DNA of 34,617 nucleotides from positions 1-34,617 of the IMG/VR virus record IMGVR_UViG_3300035140_000009. One strand, written 5' to 3'. Every line of letters starts with the position of its first letter. The stretch's first letter is position 1. Source of the stretch: a virus (lineage: Duplodnaviria; Caudoviricetes). Below the pieces are notes generated by a model. That model was not told the DNA's origin. It saw only the letters and a program-made list of their open reading frames with translations, and searched no databases. Of the stretch, positions 1-8,152 are shown in pieces. A program made the translations under genes and the position numbers.

Positions 1-116
1 GGTTCCTTACCCGTTTTTTTTGGAGGTAACAAATGTCTGCAACTGATATTTCAATCTGTTCGAATGCCCTGATTCTCCTGGGTCACAATCCCATCTCCAG
101 CTTTACGGAGGGCGGA
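1..116. repeat. Terminal direct repeat, left copy (circular assembly overlap)
   Basis: nt 1-116 match 34501-34617 except the T-run after CCG (8 T here, 9 T at the end). Confidence 0.97.
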
Positions 117-587
117 GCGGGCGCTACGACTGCAGCAAACCTCTACACTCCCACTTATGAATCTGTACTGACAGCTCATCCCTGGCGTTTTGCTATGGGG
201 AAAAAGAAACTGGCTCGCCTGGTTGATACTCCACTCAATGAGTGGGCCTATGCTTTCCAGCTGCCAGCTGACTTTCTCAAAGCCTGGAAGGTTTATCCTC
301 ATTCGAATTATGAGATTTATGAGGACATGATTTTCTCGGATCAGCCTGAGCTGGACCTGGATTATATGTTCGTGCCTACTGAGGACCGGCTTCCGCCTTA
401 TTTCATCGAGCTGATGGAGTTTCGCCTGGCAAGCAAGTTCGCTATTCCTGTAACTGGTAACCGTTCCCTGGCTGACACGTACTTCAGCATGTTCACTGAC
501 CAGTTAAATCGAGCTCAATTCCTGGATTCCAATGGACGTCCAGGGGATGGTATTGTCGATAACCCCATTATTGAATCGAGGTTTTAA
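33..587 (+). CDS. Tail tubular protein A / head-tail adaptor (T7 gp11-like)
   Basis: GGAGG RBS; ICSNALILLG...HPWRFA...YAFQLPADFL pattern; first gene after the capsid module. Confidence 0.85.
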   Translation: MSATDISICSNALILLGHNPISSFTEGGAGATTAANLYTPTYESVLTAHPWRFAMGKKKLARLVDTPLNEWAYAFQLPADFLKAWKVYPHSNYEIYEDMIFSDQPELDLDYMFVPTEDRLPPYFIELMEFRLASKFAIPVTGNRSLADTYFSMFTDQLNRAQFLDSNGRPGDGIVDNPIIESRF

Positions 588-2506
588 TGCCAAGAGCATA
601 CCGATTCCAGACTAATTTCAGCGCGGGTGTCCTGGACCCTCGCCTGGCTGCCCGGACTGACATCAAGTCCTTTTACGAAGGTGTTGATACTGGTAAGAAT
701 GTACTGGCAACTCCCCAGGGTGGACTCAAAAGACGTCCTGGAATGGCATATATCGATGATATTGGCGAGGATGCTATCCTGGCCTCATTCGAATATAGTA
801 CCATCCAGACCTATCTCCTTGTTTTTACTGAGAATAATATCGCGATTTACAGGGATGACGTATGGCAAGCTGACGTAACAACGACTTTCACAGCAGCTGA
901 ACTGGCTGATATTCGCTGGACTCAGACTGCGGATACCATGATTATCGTTCATGAGAATCACAATCCTCAAAAGCTGGTCCGTGGTGCGACACATAGCTCC
1001 TGGACTCTGAGCAATATCACATTTAATGAGCTCCCGGTTTATGATTTCGATCAGGATTATGGTGCGATTACCTTCACTATCGGAACTGGCGCTGAAGATG
1101 CGACCGTAGTCGGCAATTCAGTTACCTGTACCGCTGACGCTCCCATATTTACGGCTGGCGATGTCAATGGCAAATTCACTGGTAAATATGGCGCGGGTAA
1201 GATTACCGGCTATACATCAACAACGGTCGTCACCCTGGAAGTAACAACCGCCTGGCCTAGCGCCATTAGTAACGTGGAAGGTGGAGCGGATTCTCGTCTG
1301 GAGGAACCAGCCTGGTCCGCTGCTCGAGGCTGGCCTAAGACTGCAACATTCCATGAAGCTCGCCTGGCCTTTGGCGGATCCACTGATTTGCCTCAGACTG
1401 TATGGCTTTCCAGGGCCAATGACTTCTTTAATTTCAACCTGGGAACTGGCCTGGATGATGAGGCTATTTTTGCGACTGCAGATACTGACCAGGTAAACGC
1501 GATGAACGGCTTATTCTCTGGTCGTCATTTCCAGATGTTCACCACTGGCGGAGAATTCTATTCACCAGACTCACCTATGACTCCATCGAATTTCGCAATG
1601 CGAAGACAGTCAGATTATGGCTCCAATGGTTTAAAGCCACTGGCTATCGATGGCCCTACTATTTTCATGGACCGGACAGGGAAGTCTCTCAGGGAGTTCT
1701 CATACACATATATCGAGGAGGCGTATGTTGCGACTACGCTTTCAATGGTCGCTCCTCATCTGATTAGTGCTCCTGTTGCCATGGTCGCAAGACGAGGCGC
1801 GTCCGGTGATGAGGCAAATTATGTTTACCTGGTGAATGATGATGGGACCATGGCGGTCCTGAATACATTACGCTCGGAGGGCATTGCTGCCTGGACTCAA
1901 TGGGAAACAGCTGGCGAGATTCTCCATGCTGTTTCTGTAGTTGATGACCTTTACTTCCTGGTGAAGCGGACCATCAACTCAGTTACTGAGTATTACCTGG
2001 AGAAGGCTGATGAGAACACCTTCACTGACTGTAATATCAGGCAAACCATTACACCATCAGTAACCGTTACCGGCCTGGCTCACCTGAATGGTGAAGAGTG
2101 CCGGGTGAAGGCGGATGGCGCTGTTATGGCAAACAATACCCCATCAGCTGGGTCCATTACGGTCGAGCGAGAAGTCACTGATGTTGAGGTCGGATTGAAC
2201 TTTGATCCGCTGGTGAAAACCATGCCATTGAATATCGATTATGCGAATGGTCCGATACTGGCAAGGGATAAGCGAATCAGTAAGGTCCAGATTGACCTAT
2301 ATGAGTCGCTAGGCGTGTATATCGATGGTATTCTATTGCCAGATAGGGATTTCGGGGAAACACTCCTGGACAGGACCCCTGACCCATACACTGGATTGAG
2401 AGAAACTTTTTTGATGGGATGGACCGAAATTGCCCAGGTTGAAATAACCCAGCAAGATCCGGTACCAATGATGATTTTAGCTCTATCGCTAGAAGTGGAG
2501 GCTTAA
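587..2506 (+). CDS. Tail tubular protein B / nozzle (T7 gp12-like)
   Basis: QTNFSAG.LDP...R.D start, QGGLKRRPG, GWP...FHEARL motifs; beta-rich; follows the adaptor gene. Confidence 0.88.
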   Translation: MPRAYRFQTNFSAGVLDPRLAARTDIKSFYEGVDTGKNVLATPQGGLKRRPGMAYIDDIGEDAILASFEYSTIQTYLLVFTENNIAIYRDDVWQADVTTTFTAAELADIRWTQTADTMIIVHENHNPQKLVRGATHSSWTLSNITFNELPVYDFDQDYGAITFTIGTGAEDATVVGNSVTCTADAPIFTAGDVNGKFTGKYGAGKITGYTSTTVVTLEVTTAWPSAISNVEGGADSRLEEPAWSAARGWPKTATFHEARLAFGGSTDLPQTVWLSRANDFFNFNLGTGLDDEAIFATADTDQVNAMNGLFSGRHFQMFTTGGEFYSPDSPMTPSNFAMRRQSDYGSNGLKPLAIDGPTIFMDRTGKSLREFSYTYIEEAYVATTLSMVAPHLISAPVAMVARRGASGDEANYVYLVNDDGTMAVLNTLRSEGIAAWTQWETAGEILHAVSVVDDLYFLVKRTINSVTEYYLEKADENTFTDCNIRQTITPSVTVTGLAHLNGEECRVKADGAVMANNTPSAGSITVEREVTDVEVGLNFDPLVKTMPLNIDYANGPILARDKRISKVQIDLYESLGVYIDGILLPDRDFGETLLDRTPDPYTGLRETFLMGWTEIAQVEITQQDPVPMMILALSLEVEA

Positions 2507-2509
2507 ACG

Positions 2510-2962
2510 ATGGCAATGGCAGCTCCGGCAGTCCCCTGGTTACTAGGCGCCAGTATGGTTATGGGTGTGATTGCCCATCGCGAGATGAAGGGCGCTGCTA
2601 ATGTCGAGGCTGAGATGGCCCGGCGCCAGGAGGAACTTTCCTCGAATGAACGAGAAATTCAAAGCAAGAGGCGTCTAATCGCTTCCCTGGCAACTCAGAA
2701 CGTGGGCTCAGCTGCTCGCGGTGTTGAGGCCTATACTGGCTCTCCCCTGGCTCAGATAACTGAAACTTATCGAGTGGGAGAAAAGGAAGAGCTTACCGGC
2801 AGAGTGATGAAAGCCCATACCATGGCTGGTATTGAACAGCGCCGGATTAATGTACGAAAACGGGCTGACATTCAGCTCGGACAGTCACTGATTCAGGACG
2901 CGACTAGCATGGCTAAACGTGGAACAGGAACTAAACCAGGCGCTAAAACTAAAGCCAGTTAA
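2510..2962 (+). CDS. Small internal virion/ejection protein (gp14-like position)
   Basis: Ala/Gly-rich hydrophobic N-terminus, helical body; directly after the nozzle gene. Confidence 0.6.
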   Translation: MAMAAPAVPWLLGASMVMGVIAHREMKGAANVEAEMARRQEELSSNEREIQSKRRLIASLATQNVGSAARGVEAYTGSPLAQITETYRVGEKEELTGRVMKAHTMAGIEQRRINVRKRADIQLGQSLIQDATSMAKRGTGTKPGAKTKAS

Positions 2963-2973
2963 GCGAGGGCAAT

Positions 2974-4554
2974 ATGCCAGCATTACAGCAACAACTATTC
3001 TTCCAGAAAGGTCCTGGTTATGACGCTGGGCTGGAAACCTATCAGCAGCTATTTAATACGCTGCAAGGTTTTAAGCAGCAAGCTCATAAGGAACTGGACA
3101 TCCGGGCAAGAAAGGAAGGCCTAAAAGCCGGGCGGGAAGCTGCCCTGGGTAAGGTCGATGATGTTGTATTGCCTGAAGGCGGAACTATTTCAGCTGACGC
3201 ATTCCGCGAGGGCGCGAATATGTCTCACATGGCAGCGGTTAAGCTGGACATCGCTGAGAATATGGCTCGCATTAAAGCTGAAGCCGGTAATGATGTCATG
3301 TTATTCCAGGCTAAAGTCGAGGGTTACCGTAAAGGTTTACTGAACGGTACCACTGAGGACGTCCGCCCATTAGCATTCGAAGAGATTGAGGTCCTGGGCA
3401 GTAAGCTTTCCAGTGAGATTCGCTCGCATGTTGCCAAGCTGGACCGCGATGAACAGGCTGCTCAGGTCGAATCAGGCCTGGAGCTCCTGGAAACTGAGCT
3501 GCTTAATGCAGCCTTAAACGGTTCTGAGGCGGACATGGTTCGCACTAATGCTCAGTATAGGTTCATGCTGGAAAAAGCTGAGAACGCTGAGCTGATTCCT
3601 GCTGGTGACACCATTCGCCGTACTGACGAAATCTACAAGAAAATGAATGAGAATGTTTACATCGGCTCATTCGATGCAGCTCTGGAGAATAATCGCGGAG
3701 TCGAGTTCCTGGAAACCTTTGTTGATACCAAAGACAAGACCATGAAACCGGCTGACAAGGAGGCCCTCCTGTCCACTATGATTACCAGGATGAATCGCCG
3801 TCAGTCCCTGGAGAATGAGCAGGACGAAATGGACAAAAAGGTCCGTACTGAGGCTTACCGCAATACTGAGCGCGATGTCACTCTCCAGGCCCTGGAAGGT
3901 ACCCTGGTGCCTGAAACCCTGATTAATCACCTGAAAAACGACACTATCCAGCCATCATTCGCCCGGACTATGGAAAAAGTCTCCAAGGCTCAGGGCGTAT
4001 CGATTGATGATGACCAGGTAAAGTTCAGTTATGCAGTGGATCTCCTGGCTGTTGATGAGCATGAAATTGCCACTGATGAGCGACTGACAAGAGATACCAG
4101 GCTGCAACTCATTGTTGACCGCCGTAAGCTCGAGGAAGATGCTGGCGATTGGAGACGCTCTCAGAATGGCTCTGAAGCTGTTCGTCGCATTAAGGCTGAG
4201 TTCGGTATGGTTGATGGCCTTATTGCTCAGCTGGACCCGGAGAAAGCTAAGCGGGCCGGTCGTGCACTAACAACCCTATATGAACAGGTTGAAAATCTTC
4301 CCCTGGAAGAGCGAGCTGTTAAAGCCATCGATTTATCGGATGAAATTATCAGAAAATTAAATTTGAGTGATATGCAGCAAGACCTCAGGGACATGAAAGA
4401 AGGCCTGAACAAATTACAATATCGTTCATCGGTTGAGCTTGACCAGGCTATCGAAGCCGGTGATGTAGGTGGTCATGAGGCTAAAGTATTGCGCCGTAAG
4501 ATTCAGAACTATGAATCTGAAATACAACGACTAGAGCGGGAAACAGCGAAATGA
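2974..4554 (+). CDS. Internal virion/ejection protein (gp15-like position)
   Basis: 526-aa helical/coiled-coil protein in the ejection-protein block; call rests mainly on synteny. Confidence 0.6.
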   Translation: MPALQQQLFFQKGPGYDAGLETYQQLFNTLQGFKQQAHKELDIRARKEGLKAGREAALGKVDDVVLPEGGTISADAFREGANMSHMAAVKLDIAENMARIKAEAGNDVMLFQAKVEGYRKGLLNGTTEDVRPLAFEEIEVLGSKLSSEIRSHVAKLDRDEQAAQVESGLELLETELLNAALNGSEADMVRTNAQYRFMLEKAENAELIPAGDTIRRTDEIYKKMNENVYIGSFDAALENNRGVEFLETFVDTKDKTMKPADKEALLSTMITRMNRRQSLENEQDEMDKKVRTEAYRNTERDVTLQALEGTLVPETLINHLKNDTIQPSFARTMEKVSKAQGVSIDDDQVKFSYAVDLLAVDEHEIATDERLTRDTRLQLIVDRRKLEEDAGDWRRSQNGSEAVRRIKAEFGMVDGLIAQLDPEKAKRAGRALTTLYEQVENLPLEERAVKAIDLSDEIIRKLNLSDMQQDLRDMKEGLNKLQYRSSVELDQAIEAGDVGGHEAKVLRRKIQNYESEIQRLERETAK

Positions 4555-6740
4555 GTGATAACCTGGAAAGCGCTTTCATTAGCGCCAGGCAATATAATGC
4601 TGATGAGGCAAAATATGAAACTGACCTGGCTCAGGCCAGGATGCAAGACCAGGAGGAAAGTTTCCTGGATGATGTTCCCGCTGCTGAAGGTCCAGCATTT
4701 CCCCAGGCTCAGAAACCTGAGGGCCAGGCTCCTGAAGGACAGGCGCCCGCTGAACCTGATGAAGATGAAGAGTTTCGGCTTCGCAGTCAAAAGATAAACG
4801 ACTTTATCATCAAACTCCCGCGTAATCTTACCGCTGGCGTGGCTGAGGCTGCTGAGAACTTTACAAATACTGTCCTGGGTCGTGAGAACGTGGTCCGCTG
4901 GGGAGAATCCATGAAGGAAAATATCCCTGGCTATCGCGAGTTTACTGATGCTGGTAATAATCTGCTCCGCAAATTATCCGAAGACAATACCCTGGGAGAT
5001 GACGTTGTAAAATCTGCAACTCAATTTTTCCTCCCTTTCAGCATGTTCATGAAAGCGATGGGCGGTGCCTCGAAGGTCAGCCAGGTTGAGACGGCTGTTA
5101 CTGGCCTGGCTGCTGAGTCCGCTACTGTTGCGACTGCCTTTGAGCCTCACATGGAACGGTTTACTCCGCTTCTCCAGGAATTCGGCCTGGAGAATGATTT
5201 CCTGACATATATGGCAAGTACCGAAGGAACTGACGCTGAGAATCGATTCAAGAATGTTGTTGATGCTGTTGTTACTACGGCGGGCCTGAGTCCGCTGATA
5301 TGGTTCGGCGCTAAGACATTCAAGGGCGCTAAGAGCATGTATGGTCGAGCAACTCATGAACTGGTCCAGCAAGAGACTATCCCTCCAGAACAACGGCAGA
5401 CAGCTATTGAGACATTCATGGGCACTCAGAAAGGGGAAACCTTCGAGGAGGTTTATGCGCGTGGCGTGAAGGCCCAGCCTGAGCTGAGCGCGAAAGGTGA
5501 TGAGATTGCAAAGGAAACCGGATTCATATTCGAAAATCCTGGAGCCAAGAAAGAGGCAACCGCCAGGGAGAAAGTCCAAGCAGGAAGACCGCCTGAAACC
5601 TTGACGGATATTACTCGCGGTGGCTTCCGAGTTAAAAACCTGGCTGATGTTGATGAGCTGATAAAATCTGTCAGCGGAAAATTTGACGTTTATGACGAAG
5701 GCTTCTCCACTACGCCAGCCGGTTATTTTGACCAGAAGCTCCTGGTCCGTACTGAGGATGGAACTATCGGGGAATTCCAGGTATGGGAAGAGAATCTGTT
5801 CCAGGCCAAAATGAAACAGGGCGGAGAGGACATGTACCAGGAAGCCCGGAAAATGGCGGTCCGCTCTGGTGAGTTAAAGGGTACAGCGCTGCCAGGTATG
5901 GAGCGCGAGTATTTTGATAAACAAGGGGATATGTTTAACCTTTACCTGGAAGCTGCCAGGAAAGCTCCTGACGAATGGCAAGAGCTATATCTAAAGGGCC
6001 TGGATGACAGGCTCCTGAATTATTTCGGGATTGACCGTGATCAGGTAATTAATCGACTGAAATCTTCCTCAGAAACCGATTTACCCTTAGTGAAGACGTC
6101 CGGAGTGAAAGCTCGCTCCCAGGACCCATTAATGAAAGAAAAGGCTTCTAGTGGCGCTGGCGCACCTTCACCTACTAAGACCGAAGGGACGCCATCAAAA
6201 TCAACTGTTGAGACGACTTTACCTGGGTCAAAAGGTGGTTTACCTGGTAAATCCATAAGTTCCTCCTATGCTGTTACTTCTCCAGGGGAGAGTATAACGG
6301 CTGTTACAAATTATATCAAGGACTTCAAGCCCTTACCTGAGGCGCCTGGAAAGTATTTCACCAGGCCCAAGGGGACGCAAGACATCCCTCTCGATAAGAT
6401 TATACCTATTCGAGCCAGGGAGAAAGGTGTTAAAAATGCCTATAGTCACATGCAGAAAGCTCACGCTGGCAAGGGCGCGAAGCGGAAACCCATTTCCCTG
6501 ATTGATAATGGTGATGGTACTTATACGGTCGAGGATGGTAATTCCACTTATGCGAATGCCTTGGCGAGCGATTGGAAGACTTTACCGGCTACAGTCAAGA
6601 AGCTGGATGGTCGTAAGAAGGTTGATGAGAAGGTCCTGGTCGAAGGTGAAGAGAAGACCATGAAGTCCTCGGGTGGTAAGTTATTGAAAAATCTAAATAA
6701 ACGCATTAAGTCTCTGAATGCTGTCAAGGATAAATTATGA
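4551..6740 (+). CDS. Polyvalent internal virion protein with RelA/SpoT-like synthetase domain and C-terminal ParB/Srx-like domain
   Basis: N-terminal ~270 aa ejection-protein-like. aa ~330-435: K333..EK341..LTD353ITR356..G391YFD..GE408FQ410..AK..MYQEAR (RelA/SpoT motifs). aa ~600-683: IPLDKI..PISLIDNGDGTYTVEDGNST (ParB-N-like). Confidence 0.75.
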   Translation: MSDNLESAFISARQYNADEAKYETDLAQARMQDQEESFLDDVPAAEGPAFPQAQKPEGQAPEGQAPAEPDEDEEFRLRSQKINDFIIKLPRNLTAGVAEAAENFTNTVLGRENVVRWGESMKENIPGYREFTDAGNNLLRKLSEDNTLGDDVVKSATQFFLPFSMFMKAMGGASKVSQVETAVTGLAAESATVATAFEPHMERFTPLLQEFGLENDFLTYMASTEGTDAENRFKNVVDAVVTTAGLSPLIWFGAKTFKGAKSMYGRATHELVQQETIPPEQRQTAIETFMGTQKGETFEEVYARGVKAQPELSAKGDEIAKETGFIFENPGAKKEATAREKVQAGRPPETLTDITRGGFRVKNLADVDELIKSVSGKFDVYDEGFSTTPAGYFDQKLLVRTEDGTIGEFQVWEENLFQAKMKQGGEDMYQEARKMAVRSGELKGTALPGMEREYFDKQGDMFNLYLEAARKAPDEWQELYLKGLDDRLLNYFGIDRDQVINRLKSSSETDLPLVKTSGVKARSQDPLMKEKASSGAGAPSPTKTEGTPSKSTVETTLPGSKGGLPGKSISSSYAVTSPGESITAVTNYIKDFKPLPEAPGKYFTRPKGTQDIPLDKIIPIRAREKGVKNAYSHMQKAHAGKGAKRKPISLIDNGDGTYTVEDGNSTYANALASDWKTLPATVKKLDGRKKVDEKVLVEGEEKTMKSSGGKLLKNLNKRIKSLNAVKDKL
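6041..6256 (-). CDS. Nested antisense gene, 71 aa; candidate immunity/antitoxin for the RelA/SpoT-like domain
   Basis: AGGAGGA RBS (6261-6267) just upstream of ATG, own sigma70 promoter, globular acidic composition; the overlapping plus-strand frame is an S/T/P/G/K-rich linker. Confidence 0.8.
   Translation of the reverse strand: MDLPGKPPFDPGKVVSTVDFDGVPSVLVGEGAPAPLEAFSFINGSWERAFTPDVFTKGKSVSEEDFSRLIT
6291..6319 (-). promoter_or_regulatory. Antisense sigma70 promoter of the nested gene
   Basis: Minus strand TTGATA (6319-6314), 17-nt spacer, TATACT (6296-6291); 5/6 match at both hexamers. Confidence 0.8.
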
Positions 6741-6952
6741 CCAGGAAAGTATCGAGACAGGAATATGAGGACTCAAAAAAGACGCCAGTAAAATCCCAGG
6801 CGCCTTCATTGCTTGAGCCTGAAAACCTGGAACAGAAAATGATGAGGGCTCTCCTGGCGAGAATGAATCATCGGCCTGTCCGATTTGATGTTGAGTATGA
6901 TTCCCTGGGCAAGATAAAATCGGTAATCCCAATTTATAAGGATGAACCCTAA
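6737..6952 (+). CDS. Hypothetical protein
   Basis: ATGA overlap with the upstream stop; stop overlaps the next start. Confidence 0.7.
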   Translation: MTRKVSRQEYEDSKKTPVKSQAPSLLEPENLEQKMMRALLARMNHRPVRFDVEYDSLGKIKSVIPIYKDEP

Positions 6953-7788
6953 TGCCTGATAATATAAACGTCGAACCAAGCGGAAAACATCATGCCGTCA
7001 AAGTCGCGACTGATGTAATCGGAGATGTTCATTACCCGGTTTATATAGATTTTATGACACAAATCTCCAAAGGAACTATTGCTGGAGTTCAGCCTTTTTT
7101 TGCTTATGGTCAGCGAACCGCTGCAGCAGCTGAAACTAATCGCGTGGTATGGCCCAATGGTCCTTTTGAAATTCCGCCTGTTGCTGGTGTTCAGATGTCT
7201 GTTGTTAGTACCAGCGCGAATGATGACCTGACCGGAACCCATGCTCAGATCCTAGAGCTTCATTACCTGGATGGGAGCCTGAACGAACAAACTGAATTCA
7301 TTGAGATGGATGGCCTGACGCCTGTCCTGACTACTGCTACTGATATTCGCTTCATTAATTGCATGCACGTGCACCAAGTAGGCGGAGCTGCTACGAATTT
7401 CGCTGAGGGAGATATTCTCGCCAGTAATGGCGGAACTACTTATGCTCAAATAGCAGCGGGTGAAGTTCGTTGTACCTCCAGCGCCAGGATGGTTCCTGCA
7501 GGAAAATGCGCCTATATCTCCGGAGCGATTGGTGGTGCTGCTAGTGGTACCGCTTCGACTTCTGTTGTATTGCGCCTGGTCGCTTCTGAGCTGGATATTT
7601 ATCAATACGTGGATCCGTTGGTTTTATATCCTTATGGAGGTATTGGTATCCAGGATAATTCAGCAACTTATAATTTTCCTTCTCCATTAAGATTCACTGA
7701 GGGAACAGTTATCGCGATAACCGCAACTACTGACAAGGCTGCTGAAATAACTGCCTCCTGGTTCGGGTGGCTGGAAGACGCTGCATAA
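6952..7788 (+). CDS. Putative virion structural protein (beta-rich)
   Basis: 278 aa, A/T/G/S-rich beta-strand pattern, inside the structural operon. Confidence 0.5.
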   Translation: MPDNINVEPSGKHHAVKVATDVIGDVHYPVYIDFMTQISKGTIAGVQPFFAYGQRTAAAAETNRVVWPNGPFEIPPVAGVQMSVVSTSANDDLTGTHAQILELHYLDGSLNEQTEFIEMDGLTPVLTTATDIRFINCMHVHQVGGAATNFAEGDILASNGGTTYAQIAAGEVRCTSSARMVPAGKCAYISGAIGGAASGTASTSVVLRLVASELDIYQYVDPLVLYPYGGIGIQDNSATYNFPSPLRFTEGTVIAITATTDKAAEITASWFGWLEDAA

Positions 7789-7967
7789 TGCCAGCAGGTA
7801 TCAGAACAACCCCTATGGGCCCTGGATTTTTTATTTTTTTCCAGACCTTCATTACAGGAATAGGGGACCGGGAAGAAGGTCCGGCTATCCTGGACCAGAA
7901 GAAGAAAACTGAAAATGAAATTATTGCTATCATCATGAGCATATATGAATCAGGAGAATTTCCATGA
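7788..7967 (+). CDS. Hypothetical protein
   Basis: TAATG coupling at 7786-7790, GGA upstream; 59 aa. Confidence 0.55.
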   Translation: MPAGIRTTPMGPGFFIFFQTFITGIGDREEGPAILDQKKKTENEIIAIIMSIYESGEFP

Positions 7968-8149
7968 GCATTACCAAGGCATTTCGTAAGCTCTCACCAG
8001 AAGACCGCGAGGAAGCGAAAACTCTCATGAAGGACCTGATGGACCAGGACGGCATGGAAAAGGAAGACGCTGCCAAGGAAGCTATCGATATTATGCTCAG
8101 AGAATCCGCTGATGAACGTGAGCGAGTTATGGGCCAGCTGAAGGGTTAA
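7964..8149 (+). CDS. Hypothetical small helical protein
   Basis: AGGAG RBS, ATGA overlap, charged helical 61 aa. Confidence 0.7.
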   Translation: MSITKAFRKLSPEDREEAKTLMKDLMDQDGMEKEDAAKEAIDIMLRESADERERVMGQLKG

Positions 8150-8152
8150 ACT

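Noticed and set aside
1-116. Biological terminal repeat like T7
   Set aside because: It splits a terminator and the start of a tail gene, which fits an arbitrary assembly overlap better.
6348-6599. ParB domain as evidence of a plasmid-prophage partition system
   Set aside because: No ParA, no HTH or dimerisation region, no parS-like array; the domain is fused to a virion-block protein.
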